Of a stretch of DNA of 64,000 nt, positions 23,790-37,061 are shown in pieces. The first letter of the stretch is position 1. The number at the start of each line of letters is the position of its first letter. This stretch comes from Octopus sinensis (Eukaryota), in the NCBI RefSeq assembly GCF_006345805.1, contig NC_043011.1, positions 63,314,464 to 63,378,463 on the forward strand, in the 5' to 3' direction. The notes beneath the pieces were generated by a model. That model did no database searches and was not told where the DNA came from. It saw only the letters and a list, made by a program, of their open reading frames with translations. A program made the position numbers and the translations under genes.

Positions 23790-26700
23790 CAATGATGGCC
23801 CCGAGAAGAGTATAAAGAAGTAATATACGCTTATTACTATGCATTAGGTAGGCCATCTCAAGAGAGACACACCGCAAACTCTTACAGTATATGGAGAACA
23901 CGGAATCAAGACAGTAGGCCCTATTTGGACGGGAACAAATTAGCAAATGTGATGAGGGATATCCTTAGAAATAACAGACTCACAGACAGTGAAATAAGAG
24001 CGATCAAGCGCGCAACGGAAAATGACATAAATATAAGACACAAAGGAAATGAAGAATCAGATGAACAGTATAGCCCGCCACGAGGCTTAATTGAAAGACT
24101 GCCATCTGACCAAAGTACGCAAAGGCCTGAAGATACAAGAAATTCTATTGTACCTGTTAAAGATAGCCAGGAAAATGATAAAACAACAGTAACTGAAGAT
24201 CTCGCATTTGCTGAAGAACACAGAGAGTCTATGGCAGAAATGAGGCAGAAAATCCTGAATACGCTTGAAGTTGTAAGACATACGAGTATGAATGATAGAG
24301 AACCACTTCATAAACTCTCAAATACCAACCAAAATAAAAAACAAATCCAAAATGGCAACTATGTAACAAATGAAATAATACAAGAATTAAAACCTGATTT
24401 TACTGAGTTAAATGAAATTATTTACGCTTCTGCTAGGGCAATTGAAACCAGCTGTATGCCCCCGAAGAAACAAAGAGAACCAAACCTGGGAAGAAATCAA
24501 ACCTGGAGATGTAGAATTGAAAAAGAGATTGAATTTATTAGAAGGGAAATATCAAAATTAAATGAACTAATATGTGGAAATGATGTAAGATCCAGAACAG
24601 GAAAAAAGACGAAGAGAAAATTTGGATCCTCACCAAGAGAAGAACTGATATCAATAAAAGAAACGCTGGAACACAAAGTCCAAGCAAAAGCCCACAGAAT
24701 ACGAAACTTTGAGAAGAGAAACAAGTTTTACAAGCAAAATAAGCTGTTCACATCCAATGCCAAAACATTCTACAGAGAAATAGGGAAGGAGAAAGTAACC
24801 GTTAAAGACCCCCCTCCCATGGAAGAAGTTCAAAACTTTTGGAAATGTATTTCGAGTGACAAGAAGACGTACAACATAAATGCAGACTGGATTATACAAA
24901 CAGAAGGATCCTACCAAAATTTACAACAACAAGCATGGGAAGACATCACAATAGCAGACCTAAGAATGGCACTCACGAAGGCCCATAATTGGAAATCCCC
25001 CGGTAAAGATTGGGTGCCGAATTTCTGGCTCGCATCGTTCACATGCGCACACGGTAAGCTAGTTCAGCTGCTCAATGGAATTATGAGAGACCCAAAGAAA
25101 ACACCTGAATGGTTAGCAAGTGGCATTACTTACCTACTCCCAAAGAATAACGAAACCAACCTTCCAAAAAACTATCGGCCTATAACCTGTCTATCCACCA
25201 CGTATAAAATTCTAACATCTATCCCGGCGGAGAAAACATGCATTCATGGAGAAGAACGATATTTTCCCCATTGAACAAAAAGGGTGCCGCCGAGGCTCTT
25301 ACGGATGCAAAGATCAACTGCTAAGTAATCGTATGATCCCTGAGAACTGTCACAACAAGCGCAGATATCTCAGCTCCGCATGGATTGACTATAAAAAGGC
25401 TTTCGACAGTATACCGCATCCATGGATCTTGAGATCGCTGGATATCTTCAAAATTTCCCCTGTGATTTCAAACTTCCTGAAGCACAATATGTCGTTGTGG
25501 AATACGAATCTCCAATTATACCACTCTAATGGAGTACTTGCCTCAGATAATATAAACATCAACTGTGGAATTTTTCAAGATGACTCACTTTCACCTTTAA
25601 TATTCTGCATAGCACAAATACCCCTTACAAGTGAATTAAACAGAACAGGGCATGGGTATAAGATTGCCAATAAAAAAATAAGCCATCTATTTTATATGGA
25701 TGACTTAAAACTCTATGGTAAAGACAATAATGAACTTGAAGGCCTATTGCGCACTGTGAAAGCATTCAGCGATGACATCGGGATGGAGTTTGGACTTGAG
25801 AAGTGTGCCAAGGCCACTTTCCAGAAAGGGAAAGTGAAGACCACAAATTCAGTCATGTTAGATGTTGACACAGTCATAAGAGAACTTGAGCAAGAACAAA
25901 CGTACAAATATTTAGGGATAAATGAAGGCTCTGGTATTCAGCATGCAAGCATGAAAGAGAAGATCAGGAAGGAATGTTATAGGAGAGTTCGTGCAGTCCT
26001 GAAATCTGAACTAAATGCACGTAACAATGTGTTAGCTATAAATTCCTTAGCAGTTCCAGTTGTTACTTATAGCTACAATGTGTTGAACTGGAATATGAGT
26101 GAAGTAAAGAATATAGATAGGAAAATACGGAAGCTGCTGAGTTGTAATAGGATGCACCACCCAAAAGCAGAAGTAGATCGCCTTTACCTTCCCAGAGCCC
26201 AAGGAGGTCGAGGCCTGATCCAATTTAAACTAGCTTACAAAACAACCACAATTGGACTGGCCAAATATCTCGAAATATCGAATGACTGGATGCTAAATCT
26301 CCAGGAAAATCACGAGAGACGAAAGATGCTTCATTCTATCATAAAGGGAACCAAACAATTTGCTATTGATCTCATGCAGGATACCCAAACTGAACAACAC
26401 GACGGAAGTACGGCAACTATTGTTGCAAAGAAGGTGAAAATAATGGCAATGAAACAAGCGCACGAGCAATTGGCTGATAGGTGGGAGGAGAAACCTCTGC
26501 ACGGCAAATATGTGGCCCGCAGCAAGCAAGATGATGTTGACCAGAAGCAAACCCATCAGTGGCTACGGAGCTCAGGGCTAAAAGCAGAGAGCGAAGGTTT
26601 CATCCTGGCTGCTCAAGATCAAAGCCTATTAACCCGGAACTACCAGGCCAATGTGATGAAAAATGGAGCAGACCCAAAATGCCGATTCTGCAACGACATG

Positions 26701-27420
26701 ATTGAAACAGTGGACCACCTAAGCTCTGGATGTAAAGTCTTAGCACCAGTGGAGTATAAATTAAGACATAACAGAGTTGGCCAATATCTACACTGGCTAA
26801 TAAGTCGGCATTACAATATCAAAACTGCCGACAAGTGGTATAATCACCACCCTGAGGCTACAACTGAAGGAGAAAATGTAACCATTTTGTAGGACTTTCC
26901 AGTACATACAGACCGAATCAACAAAGGCCAATAAACCAGATATTGTTGTGAAAGACCAAAACAATAACGTTTCTTATTGATCGACATGAGCAACCCCTGT
27001 GATCATAATATCTCGGTGAAAGTGTTTGACAAGCTCAGAAAATATAAAGACCTACTCATTGAAATTGAGAAAATGTAGCATCTCAAGGCGGTTACAATAC
27101 CAGTGATCGTAGGAGCACAAGGAATGATCAAGATGGGAACCGAAAATTATATGAGAATGATCCCTGGCTTACCATCCCTGCAAGAAGTGCAAAAGATTGT
27201 CTTAACTGGTACATCACACGTATTGAGAAGAGCTTTGTCGATGTGAGAACTGTTGCTGCTCATGTATTTTAATTTAACTTAAAAAAAAAATTCTTTAAAT
27301 GGACGAACTATTGAGGTTGGTTTTATGGCCTACCAATGTATACTATGAGTTTCTTTGCCCTAGGAGTCGGGAAGACACTCGGCAATAAATGGAAACAAAT
27401 TTGAAAGAAGAAAAAAAAGT
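23790..27420 (+). mobile_element. R4/Dong-clade non-LTR retrotransposon, family B, long but frameshifted
   Basis: Myb-like W.REEYKEV, RT motifs (YRPITCL, EQKGCRRGSYGCKDQL, WIDYKKAFDS, YMDDLKL, YKYLG), CxxC-H-C knuckle, RLE region; frameshift near 25250 and stop at 26890; 3' end runs into (TAA)n. Confidence 0.9.
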
Positions 27421-27445
27421 AATAACAATAAAAAAAAATAATAAA

Positions 27446-27498
<53 letters not shown>

Positions 27499-27506
<8 letters not shown>

Positions 27507-30500
27507 TGTCCGGAGATAAAACTATCAACAAAAAAAATACAGACGAATATAGATCTGCTAGTCTTAAGAAGCGGCGCTATGAGCAATGCTTACATGTAGT
27601 GAACCCTAAACTGACAGATCCATCTCCTAATATAAGAATGGATGCTCGTCATGCTTCAAGGTCAACAAATCAAACAATAAACCGCATTGGTCATTGCGCG
27701 GATTACAAAAGACCACGTACCCGAAAATTGAACCAAATCCTGATTGAAAAATCAGTTACTGGATCAAATCTTCCCAACACACAGGAGCTGGACGAACCCC
27801 ACAACCGGAATATTCCAACAGATGGCCATCCATGCTCATCACCAAATAATCAAAAGAAAAAGAAGGAAAAATGGTCTAGGGAAGATAATAAAGAAGTTCT
27901 CGAGGCCTTCTACCATGCCATATATTTCCCCACAGATAAGTCTAGCACTGTACAAGCATACTTAAACTGGAGACAGAAACACCCTGAAGTAAGACCCTAC
28001 ATAGACAGTAACAAGCTTGCCAATGTTAGAAGAAACATTATAAAAAGAAATTACTGACTGAAGTAGAGATTGATCAGGTTAGACAAGCAATATCGGATAA
28101 AATGAACGAAGCTGCAGCTAGAGAAGATAATACAGAGGAAATGATTATAGACCAGCCCAGGGCGGATAAAAACGAAGATAGGATTGAAAGAGTTAGTATA
28201 AGTGATAGGCAAAGTGAAATACGCCCTGAACCAATCATAAACACTAAGACAGATGAGCATCAAATAGATAAAGAAAGTCACACAAATATTGACCCAACAG
28301 AACTACATGAGCTAAAAAATCAAATCATGATTGAATGGCTGAAAATTAAAGAAACCAGCATGGATGAGCGTGATACACTTCCTAAAATCCGCAACTCTAA
28401 CCAAAACATGAAAATAATTGGTAAAATCCGGCTTGCACTTAAGGATATAATTTCAGTTAATGATGTTGATATCACAAACCTCAACCACCTATACTATGCA
28501 TCCGCGAAAATCTCAACGATCCTATGTGGTGTAAAGATTAGAAAACGGCAACAGTCCCACAAAAAGCCTTCTTGGCAAGAGCGTCTGCAAAAACAAATTA
28601 AAGTATTTAGATCTGACATTGAATATTTGAAAAACCTTAAGGCTCACAAGACTACCAAACCTACAAAAACCAAAAAATTACTGAAAAAATACAATATGAA
28701 AACTATACTTGATATTGATGCCACCATAGAAACCATCAAACAAAAGGTATCTGCCAAAGCTACCCGCATAGCGAGGTATGAAAACCGTGTTAGATTTTTC
28801 AAGGACAACAACATGTTCAAAAATAACACCAAGAATTTTTACAGGAAGATAGGAAAAACAGCGTTTACTGCAGGGTCTGTACCATCAAAAGAAGAAGTGC
28901 AGAGATTTTGGAATAAAATCTGGGCAGAAGAAAAAACACACAACGAAAAGGCCCCCTGGATTGACAGAATATCTACAGAACTGGACCCCTTAGAAGAGCA
29001 AAAGTGGGAGGGTGTCAAGGTAGAAGATATAAGATCTGCTCTCAGGAGGTCAAGCAAATGGAAGTCTCCAGGAAAGGATAAAATTCCTAACTTCTGGCTG
29101 AATGCCTTCCCAGAGAGCCATGAACTGCTAACAGAACTGTACAATGATGTTCTGCAACACCCTAGTAGGATGCCTCCTTGGCTAGTTAATGGGTTAACAT
29201 TCCTGCTTCCAAAAAGTGAAGAAACAAATGAACCAAAAAACTATAGACCCATAACCTGCTTAACAACTATGTACAAAACTCTAACATCTGTCCTGACGGA
29301 ATATACCTATAGTTTTTTAACAGACAGCAGCATATTCCCTAATGAACAGAAAGGATGTAAACGTGGATCCTACGGCTGTAAAGACCAACTACTCATCAAT
29401 AAGATGATCTTAGAAGATTGTCACAAACGACACAAAAACTTATCAATAGCCTGGATAGACTATAAAAAGGCTTTTGATAGCCTACCACATAGCTGGATTA
29501 GGAAATGCCTTGAAATGTATAAGATAGCACCAACTCTGCGAAACTTCTTGACTGTAAGTATGAGATCATGGAGAACCACACTAACTCTGAACAGTGACAG
29601 TGAATCCCTAAATGCTGGTGATGTAAAAATTTCGTGTGGCATTTTCCAGGGTGACTCACTGTCACCACTCCTCTTTTGTTTATCCTTAATACCTCTCTCA
29701 AAGTTGCTCAATGACGCGCAGTACGGGTATAAAATGTTTGATAAAAATATAAATCATCTCGTTTACATGGATGATTTAAAGCTTTTTGCAAAAAATGATC
29801 AACAACTCAAGGGCTTACTAGCGATAGTCAAACAATTCAGTGACGACATCAGAATGCAATTCGGCCTCGATAAATGTGCAAAGGCTACCTTTATCAAAGG
29901 AAAAATGACAGAAACATCTAACGTTAACCTTGACCAACAGAATGTCATAAAAGAACTAGACCCAGCGGAGAGCTACAAGTACCTAGGGGTAATTGAAGGG
30001 AACGGAATAAGGCATTCAGAGATGAAGGAAAGGATCAGGAGAGAATGCTATCGAAGAGTGAGAGCAATACTCAAGACAGAGCTGAATGCAAGAAACAGGA
30101 TCGAAGCAATCAATGCATTAGCTATACCAGTCGTAACTTACAGTTTCAATATTGTTAACTGGTCAATTACTGAAATATGTCAGCTCGACAGAAAAATAAG
30201 GAAACTGTTGACAATGCATAGAATGCACCACCCTAAGGCAGATACAGAACGACTCTATCTGCCAAGAAAAGAGGGAGGCCGTGGTCTTTTGCAACTGGCA
30301 ATAACAATGAAGATTGCTACAATTGGCCTAGACACCTACCTGAAAAACTCTGAGGACTGGATGTTAAAACTTGTCTCAAAACATGAAAACAAGAAAGCAT
30401 CATACTCAGTAACAAAACAGGCAAAGGAATATCTAAGTGAATTCCGAATACAACCAATTTCGGAATTAGAGATAGACATACAAGAAACAAGCACAGAAAA

Positions 30501-31541
30501 AGCTAGGCGCATGAAAACCCGTGCCAAAACTGCGGCCTTAGATATTCTGAATAATAAATGGCAAGAAAAACCTCTCTGCGGCAAATACCCAAAGAGAGCG
30601 AATAATGCAGATATCGACAAAGCCCTGACCCATCAATGGCTAATGGCCTCTGGCTTAAAATCTGAAACAGAGGGGTTTATCATAGCAGCTCAAGATCAAT
30701 GCCTACCAACAAGAAACTACCAGGCCAACATATTAAAGATCAGAAGCAGTCCAACGTGTCGTGTATGCAAGCAACAAAATGAAACCATTGACCATGTGGT
30801 CTCCAAGTGCAGTCTTCTAGCGCCTACAGAGTATCTCAACAGGCACGATAGAGCTGCACAATATATTCACTGGGTAATCTGTAAAAACCTGGAGTTGCCC
30901 CATGAGAAAAACTGGTGGGAACACAAACCACCCCCAGTGCTTGAAAATGACCACATCTCACTCCTCTGGAACTTCACCATTCAAACTGACAGGAAGATAG
31001 ATGCAAATAGGCCAGACATCATATTGAAAGACTTCAAACAAAGAACATGCCTCCTCATTGATATGACTGTCCCAATCGATATAAACGTATCTGTCAGGAC
31101 CTACCAAAAACTGAGCAAATATAAAGATCTTGAAATACAAATCAGCAAAATGTGGAAGCTGAAGACTAAAACAATACCTGTTGTCATAGGTGCCCTGGGA
31201 ATGATAGCAAAAGGGGCTGATAGCTACCTAACTCAGATACCAGGAAACCCAAAAATGGCAGAAGCTCAAAAGATAGTGCTCATGGGAACTGCTCATATCC
31301 TACGCAAAATACTCTCTATGTAACCTCAAGGTTTAAAACAACCATAATTTTCGGTTTAAAAAAAAAAAAAAAAACCTTTTTTTTTTTTTTTTAGACATTC
31401 ATTAGTACAACATCCCCACCCCCCAAATATATGGCACACTAGGCATAACAACAACATGAACTTCCAACCCTGTTGTCTCTTGAGGTCTCTGGGTGAGACT
31501 TGGAGCCAACTTGTACAAATATAAGCAAAAGTCAAACATAG
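27499..31541 (+). mobile_element. R4/Dong-clade non-LTR retrotransposon, family A, near-intact
   Basis: ATG 27506, Myb-like domain, a single frame break near 28045, then a 1073-aa open frame with complete RT, CRVC..H..C knuckle and RHD/PD..D/KY RLE motifs; flanked on both sides by (TAA)n. Confidence 0.95.
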
Positions 31542-31573
<32 letters not shown>

Positions 31574-31637
31574 TAACAATAATTATAATAATAATAATTA
31601 TAATAATAACAATAATAACAATAACAATAGTACGTAC

Positions 31638-31737
31638 ACGCATTCTTTACTGACTAATGGCGATGGCATGGTTGCTCTCCATCTATTCCTGCAATAACTA
31701 ATGGCCAGTTTTTCACACATGTTTAGAGCAGCAGCAT
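31638..31737 (-). CDS. Gene B exon 2: (D)AAALNMCEKLAISYCRNRWRATMPSPLVSKEC(V)
   Basis: Acceptor tcttttag, donor gtacgt, 100 nt, phase 1 to 2; homologous to 2627-2726 and 50939-51038. Confidence 0.85.
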
Positions 31738-32319
31738 CTAAAAGATTTTTCATTTATTTATTAATAATTAGTGTACAATAATTAGTTTTTGCTAAATAAA
31801 AGACAAAATAACCAAGCTAAACAATAATCTTAGTACATACCGATGTAAACAAGAGACATTTAGTTCAAACAAGTGATATCTGTCATTATATATAATTTGA
31901 ACATTAATTTTCTTCTTACATTTCCCATTCAATAGATATATCTTATTCCAAGACAATAGGGTTCTATTTAGTTTTACATATCGTTAAAAAAGTCTCAATT
32001 ATTTGGGTTTTTTCTTTCCTTTACCGCTCCTCCTTCTATAGGCTTTCTTTGACGTTATAACCGCTAATGTTTCTTGAACAAACATAATAGGGTTCCGTTC
32101 ATTAATATAAACATGCATTTTATTCAGTTCAAATGTCTTATCGATGAGTTTCATTTCTTCATTTCCCTGAAGAGTAGATTAAATTGTTTCACCGCACTTC
32201 ATTCCTTTGAAACAAAACAGTGATATCTTCAAAACATGTGAAGGAAGAAAAAACATTTGAATAGCACCAGCCTTTAACTCCATTTATTTATTTATATGTA
32301 TGCATGAACGCATGTATCT

Positions 32320-32401
<82 letters not shown>

Positions 32402-32424
32402 ATGTATATATATATATGTATATG

Positions 32425-32469
<45 letters not shown>

Positions 32470-32487
32470 GTATATATATATATATAT

Positions 32488-32540
<53 letters not shown>

Positions 32541-32552
32541 CATTTATATATA

Positions 32553-32583
<31 letters not shown>

Positions 32584-32734
32584 ATATAAATTAGAGAAAA
32601 CACCTTTTATCAATACAATAATGACAGATTACATTATACCTTTAAGAAAAATTACATATTAGAGGAAGATTAAATATACGATAAAACATTATTAATAGCA
32701 ATTATTAAGTAATGTGCGAAATGAAATATGGTAG

Positions 32735-32830
32735 AATATCGACACGTGTTTCGTGGCTATATTTAAGAAATGATAATAGTAATAATAATATTAAAATCAC
32801 TTCAATATAAATATAGCCACTCTTCAGGTT
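32735..32830 (-). ncRNA. Hammerhead ribozyme motif with intact core and extended stem II
   Basis: CTGAAGA-GTGGCTATATTTA-loop-TAAATATAGCCAC-GAAA-CACGTG-TC; 13-bp stem II and palindromic stem III; stem I imperfect. The duplicate at about 51990-52070 has core CTGAAAA. Confidence 0.65.
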
Positions 32831-32973
32831 AAATTAAAAGCAATAAAATAGTTAATGAGATAAATTAATGAAAATACGTAAAAAATCATATAAAATATAA
32901 ACTTTCTTAAACAAATATATTCTTGTGTAAAATAAAATGAAAAATAAGATACAATTAATTCAAATATTTAAGA

Positions 32974-33030
<57 letters not shown>

Positions 33031-33544
33031 CAAAATATACATTAATATGAAAACTAAATACTATTATTTAATTAATATACATTAATTTAAATAATTAATT
33101 AATTTATTAATTTAATAAAGATCTAAATAAAATCTTATTCTCATTAAGTAATTTATATTACAATCCTTAATGTGCAGTAATATAAATAATGTTAGTACAA
33201 GCTATAAGTATTAGAATTAATAATAGGAAATGGATTAAATATAAACACAACTATTAGATAAACTAACTATATTATTAATATATATGTAGTATATCCAGAT
33301 GTAACATATTACTCAAATATATAGTTCACCAAAATATCAATCAATATGAACCTAATTTATTTAAATGTAATACTACGTAATAAATAGTCCATCTAACTAT
33401 TATATAATTTATCGACACACAAAACTAAGTCTCAAATTTAATTAAATGTAATTCGTTAAAATTAATAATAATCATAAAACGTAATAAATAGATAGATATA
33501 CATAACGTAACTAATAGTTATTAAGAATTCATATTTAAATTAAT

Positions 33545-33591
<47 letters not shown>

Positions 33592-33598
33592 AAATAAT

Positions 33599-33635
<37 letters not shown>

Positions 33636-33695
33636 GTAATACTAATAATAATAAAAATAAAAAAATAATAATAAAAATTAAAAAAAAAATAATAA

Positions 33696-33773
<78 letters not shown>

Positions 33774-33776
<3 letters not shown>

Positions 33777-36482
33777 AACATCACAGAAAGAGATTTACGT
33801 GAGAGTAAAGAAATACTAAAGCAAGATGACCTTGCCAAAGCACAAAGGATCCGCCGGTACGAGAAACGCCAGTGCTTCTCTGAACAAAACAAAAAGTTCA
33901 ACTCCAAACCAAAAAGTTCTACCAAGAACTTGGCATAAATAAAATAGAAATCACTGCAGCACCAACGGCAGAAGAATTGGAAGAATTCTGGAGAGAAATA
34001 TGGTCGGCGAACAAACAACCAAAAAAAAAGGAGTAGTAAAACAACAAACTCAGCATCTGAGCAACTTTGGACCCCCATAACAACTGAAGTAATAACCCAG
34101 GCACTGCAAAGACTAATCAACTGGAAGGCACCTGGGCATGACAAGATTCCCAAACACTGGTTGCACTATCTAACAGGAATGCACAAAAAGCTGGCTGAAA
34201 ATTTTAGCAACATACTGGCAGAGCCAGACACAATGCCTGCATGGCTCACGAAGGGAAAAACCATCTTAATTCACAAAGCAAAGGACACAGCAAAACCAGA
34301 AAACTACAGACCAATAACCTGTCTCCCTACAATGTACAAGGCATTTACTGCAGTGATATCGCAACGTTTGAACAAGCACCTGGACGAAAACAACCTGTAT
34401 CCAGAAGAGCAGAAAGGATGCCGCAAAGGCTCATATGGTTGTAAAGATCAACTAATGATTAATAAAGCCATAACTGAAGACAGCCACAGAAAGAAGAAAG
34501 GCCTCAGTATGGCCTGGATCGACTACACAAAGGCGTTTGATAGCATCCCCCACACATGGATCCTCGAAACTCTAGCCATTAACAAAGTAGCACCAACAAT
34601 TATAAAATTCATAGGGCACTGTATGAATAAAGGGCAAGCAGTGGTACAGCTCCAAACAAAAGAGGGACTCATGAAAACCAAAGCCATCTCCATTAGAAGA
34701 GGGATATTCCAGGGAGACACGTTCTCTCCACTCCTTTTCTGCTTGGCACTGTCACCTCTATCTGATATGCTACATAGAACTGGATGCGGATAGAAATGTT
34801 ACGGCAAAACGATCAGCCACATTTTATATATGGATTACATAAATCTATACGCTACAAATGACAAACAGCAGGTAACAATATTAAAGACAGTTCATGGATT
34901 TACCAAAGAAATTGATATGAAATTTGGATTAGAAAAACGCGCCAAAGTAACACTGATGAGAAGAAAACTAGTTAAGAGTAGCAACATCACACTAGATAAA
35001 ACCAATGAAATAAAAGAATTAGACCAAAGCCAAACTTACAAATACTTAGGAATCTATTAACTCGATAAGACACAACACACACAAATGAAAGAGAAAATTA
35101 AAAAAAGAATATTATATACGAGTTAGATCAATACTAAAAACAGAGCTCAATGCTAAAAACAAGATAATAGGTATTAACACTTTAGCTGTCATAATTATAA
35201 GTTATAGCTACAATATCCTTAACTGGACACTAAATGAACTGACCAAAATAGATAGGAAAACAAGAAAAATAATGGCAGGATCTAGGATGCATCACCCAAA
35301 ATCTGACATAGAAAGACTATATATACAACGTATAGAAGGTGGTAGAGGCCTTATACAGCTGGAAATCTACAATAAAATAACCATCATAGGACTGCAAGGA
35401 TATATACTTCAGAAGGAAGGAAAACTGATACAAATAGCGGCAAAACAAGAGCAAAGCAAAAAACTGTTCTCAGTATTTAAGGAAGCTGACAAATACAAAC
35501 AAGAAATCATACCACCTAATAAATAAGAAAAAGAAGAAGAAGAAGATGAAGAAACAACAAAAGCAATAAAACAAATGAATTCTACACTAAAACTAGAACG
35601 GCAATGAACCATGATAAAACGTTGGCAAGAAAAGCCCCTTCGTGGTAAATACAGGACTAAACTAATTACAAAAGAAATAGACAAAAGAAAATCCATGCAA
35701 TGGTTGAGAAGCTCAGGACTCAAAGCAAAGACAGAGGGATTTTTAATTGCAGCACAAAATCCAAAGCCTCCCCTCTAGAAATTACCAAAAAAATATAATG
35801 AAAATAAATATAACAAGTAACTGCAGAATATGTGGAGATGGACAAGAAACAATAGATCATATTATCTCTAGCTGCCCAGTCCTGGCTAAGAAGGAATATA
35901 TTCACAGACATGACAGAGTTGAAATCTACATACACTGGAAGCTATGCCAACATTATGGAATAACAACAGAAAAAGGATGGTATAGGCACACACCAGGAAA
36001 TGTCACAGAAAATGAGAAAGCAACCATACTCTGGGATATGCCAATACACACAGAGAGAGAATTAAGACCAACAGACCAGATATAGTTGTCAGAGATCATG
36101 AAGCAAAAAATGGTTTCTAATTGACGTATCAGTACCGCCAGATGACAAAGTGTCTCTAAAAGAAATGGAGAAACATTCAAAATACAAAGACATGGAAATA
36201 GAGTTAAAACGTATGTGGACTCTAAAAACTGAAACAATCCCTATCATAGTAGGTGCAAGAGGCATGATAAAATAATATTCAGACAAATACATAACAAAAC
36301 ACCAGGACTTACAAACCCATATAACATACAGAAAATTGCAATAATTCGCACGGCACACATCCTACGCAGAACACTTTCCATGCAATAACCATCAGAGCAT
36401 CACAACAAATCACAGCACATACCCAAGGCACACAGATCTGCACTCGGTAGTGAAGTGAAAGCACGCTATAAAAATAAAACTA

Positions 36483-36485
<3 letters not shown>
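33774..36485 (+). mobile_element. R4/Dong-clade family C, 5'-truncated, decayed
   Basis: RT and RLE motifs with many stops; distinct 3' UTR ending aaactactg-(AAT)n; 5' flank (TAA)n. Confidence 0.9.
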
Positions 36486-36533
<48 letters not shown>

Positions 36534-36585
36534 TATTATTATTATTATTATTAATATTATTATTACCATTATTATTATTATTACT

Positions 36586-36960
36586 ACTTTTTTTTCTTCT
36601 TTCAAATTTGCTTCCATTTCTTGCCGAGTGTCTTCCCGACGCCTAGGGCAAAGAAACTCATAGTATACATCGGTAGGCCATTAAACCAAACTCAGTAGTT
36701 TGTTCATTTTTTTTAAAAGTTGAATTAAAATACATGATTAGCAACAGTTCTCACATCGACAATGTTCTTCTCATCACGTGTGATGTACCAGTTAAGACAA
36801 TCTTTTGCACTTCTTGCAGGGATGGTAAGTCAGGGATCATTCTCATATAATTTTCGGTTCCCTTCTTGATCATTCCTAGTGCTCCTACGATCACTGGTAT
36901 TGTAACCGCCTTGAGATGCTACATTTTCTCAATTTCAATGAGTAGGTCTTTATATTTTCT
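36586..36960 (-). mobile_element. R4/Dong family B 3' fragment
   Basis: Reverse complement of about 27040-27420. Confidence 0.9.
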
Positions 36961-36970
36961 TCTTCTTCTT

Positions 36971-37060
<90 letters not shown>

Positions 37061-37061
<1 letters not shown>

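Noticed and set aside
28040-28057. Programmed -1 ribosomal frameshift in the Dong A element
   Set aside because: No canonical slippery heptamer (only A5); family B has this region in one frame and R4-clade elements have a single ORF.
31841-32226. Two extra phase-compatible exon candidates (32193-32226 and 31841-31879) between gene B exons 1 and 2
   Set aside because: The copies differ by a 5-nt frameshifting indel, and paralog A shows that direct exon 1 to exon 2 splicing gives a complete signal peptide.
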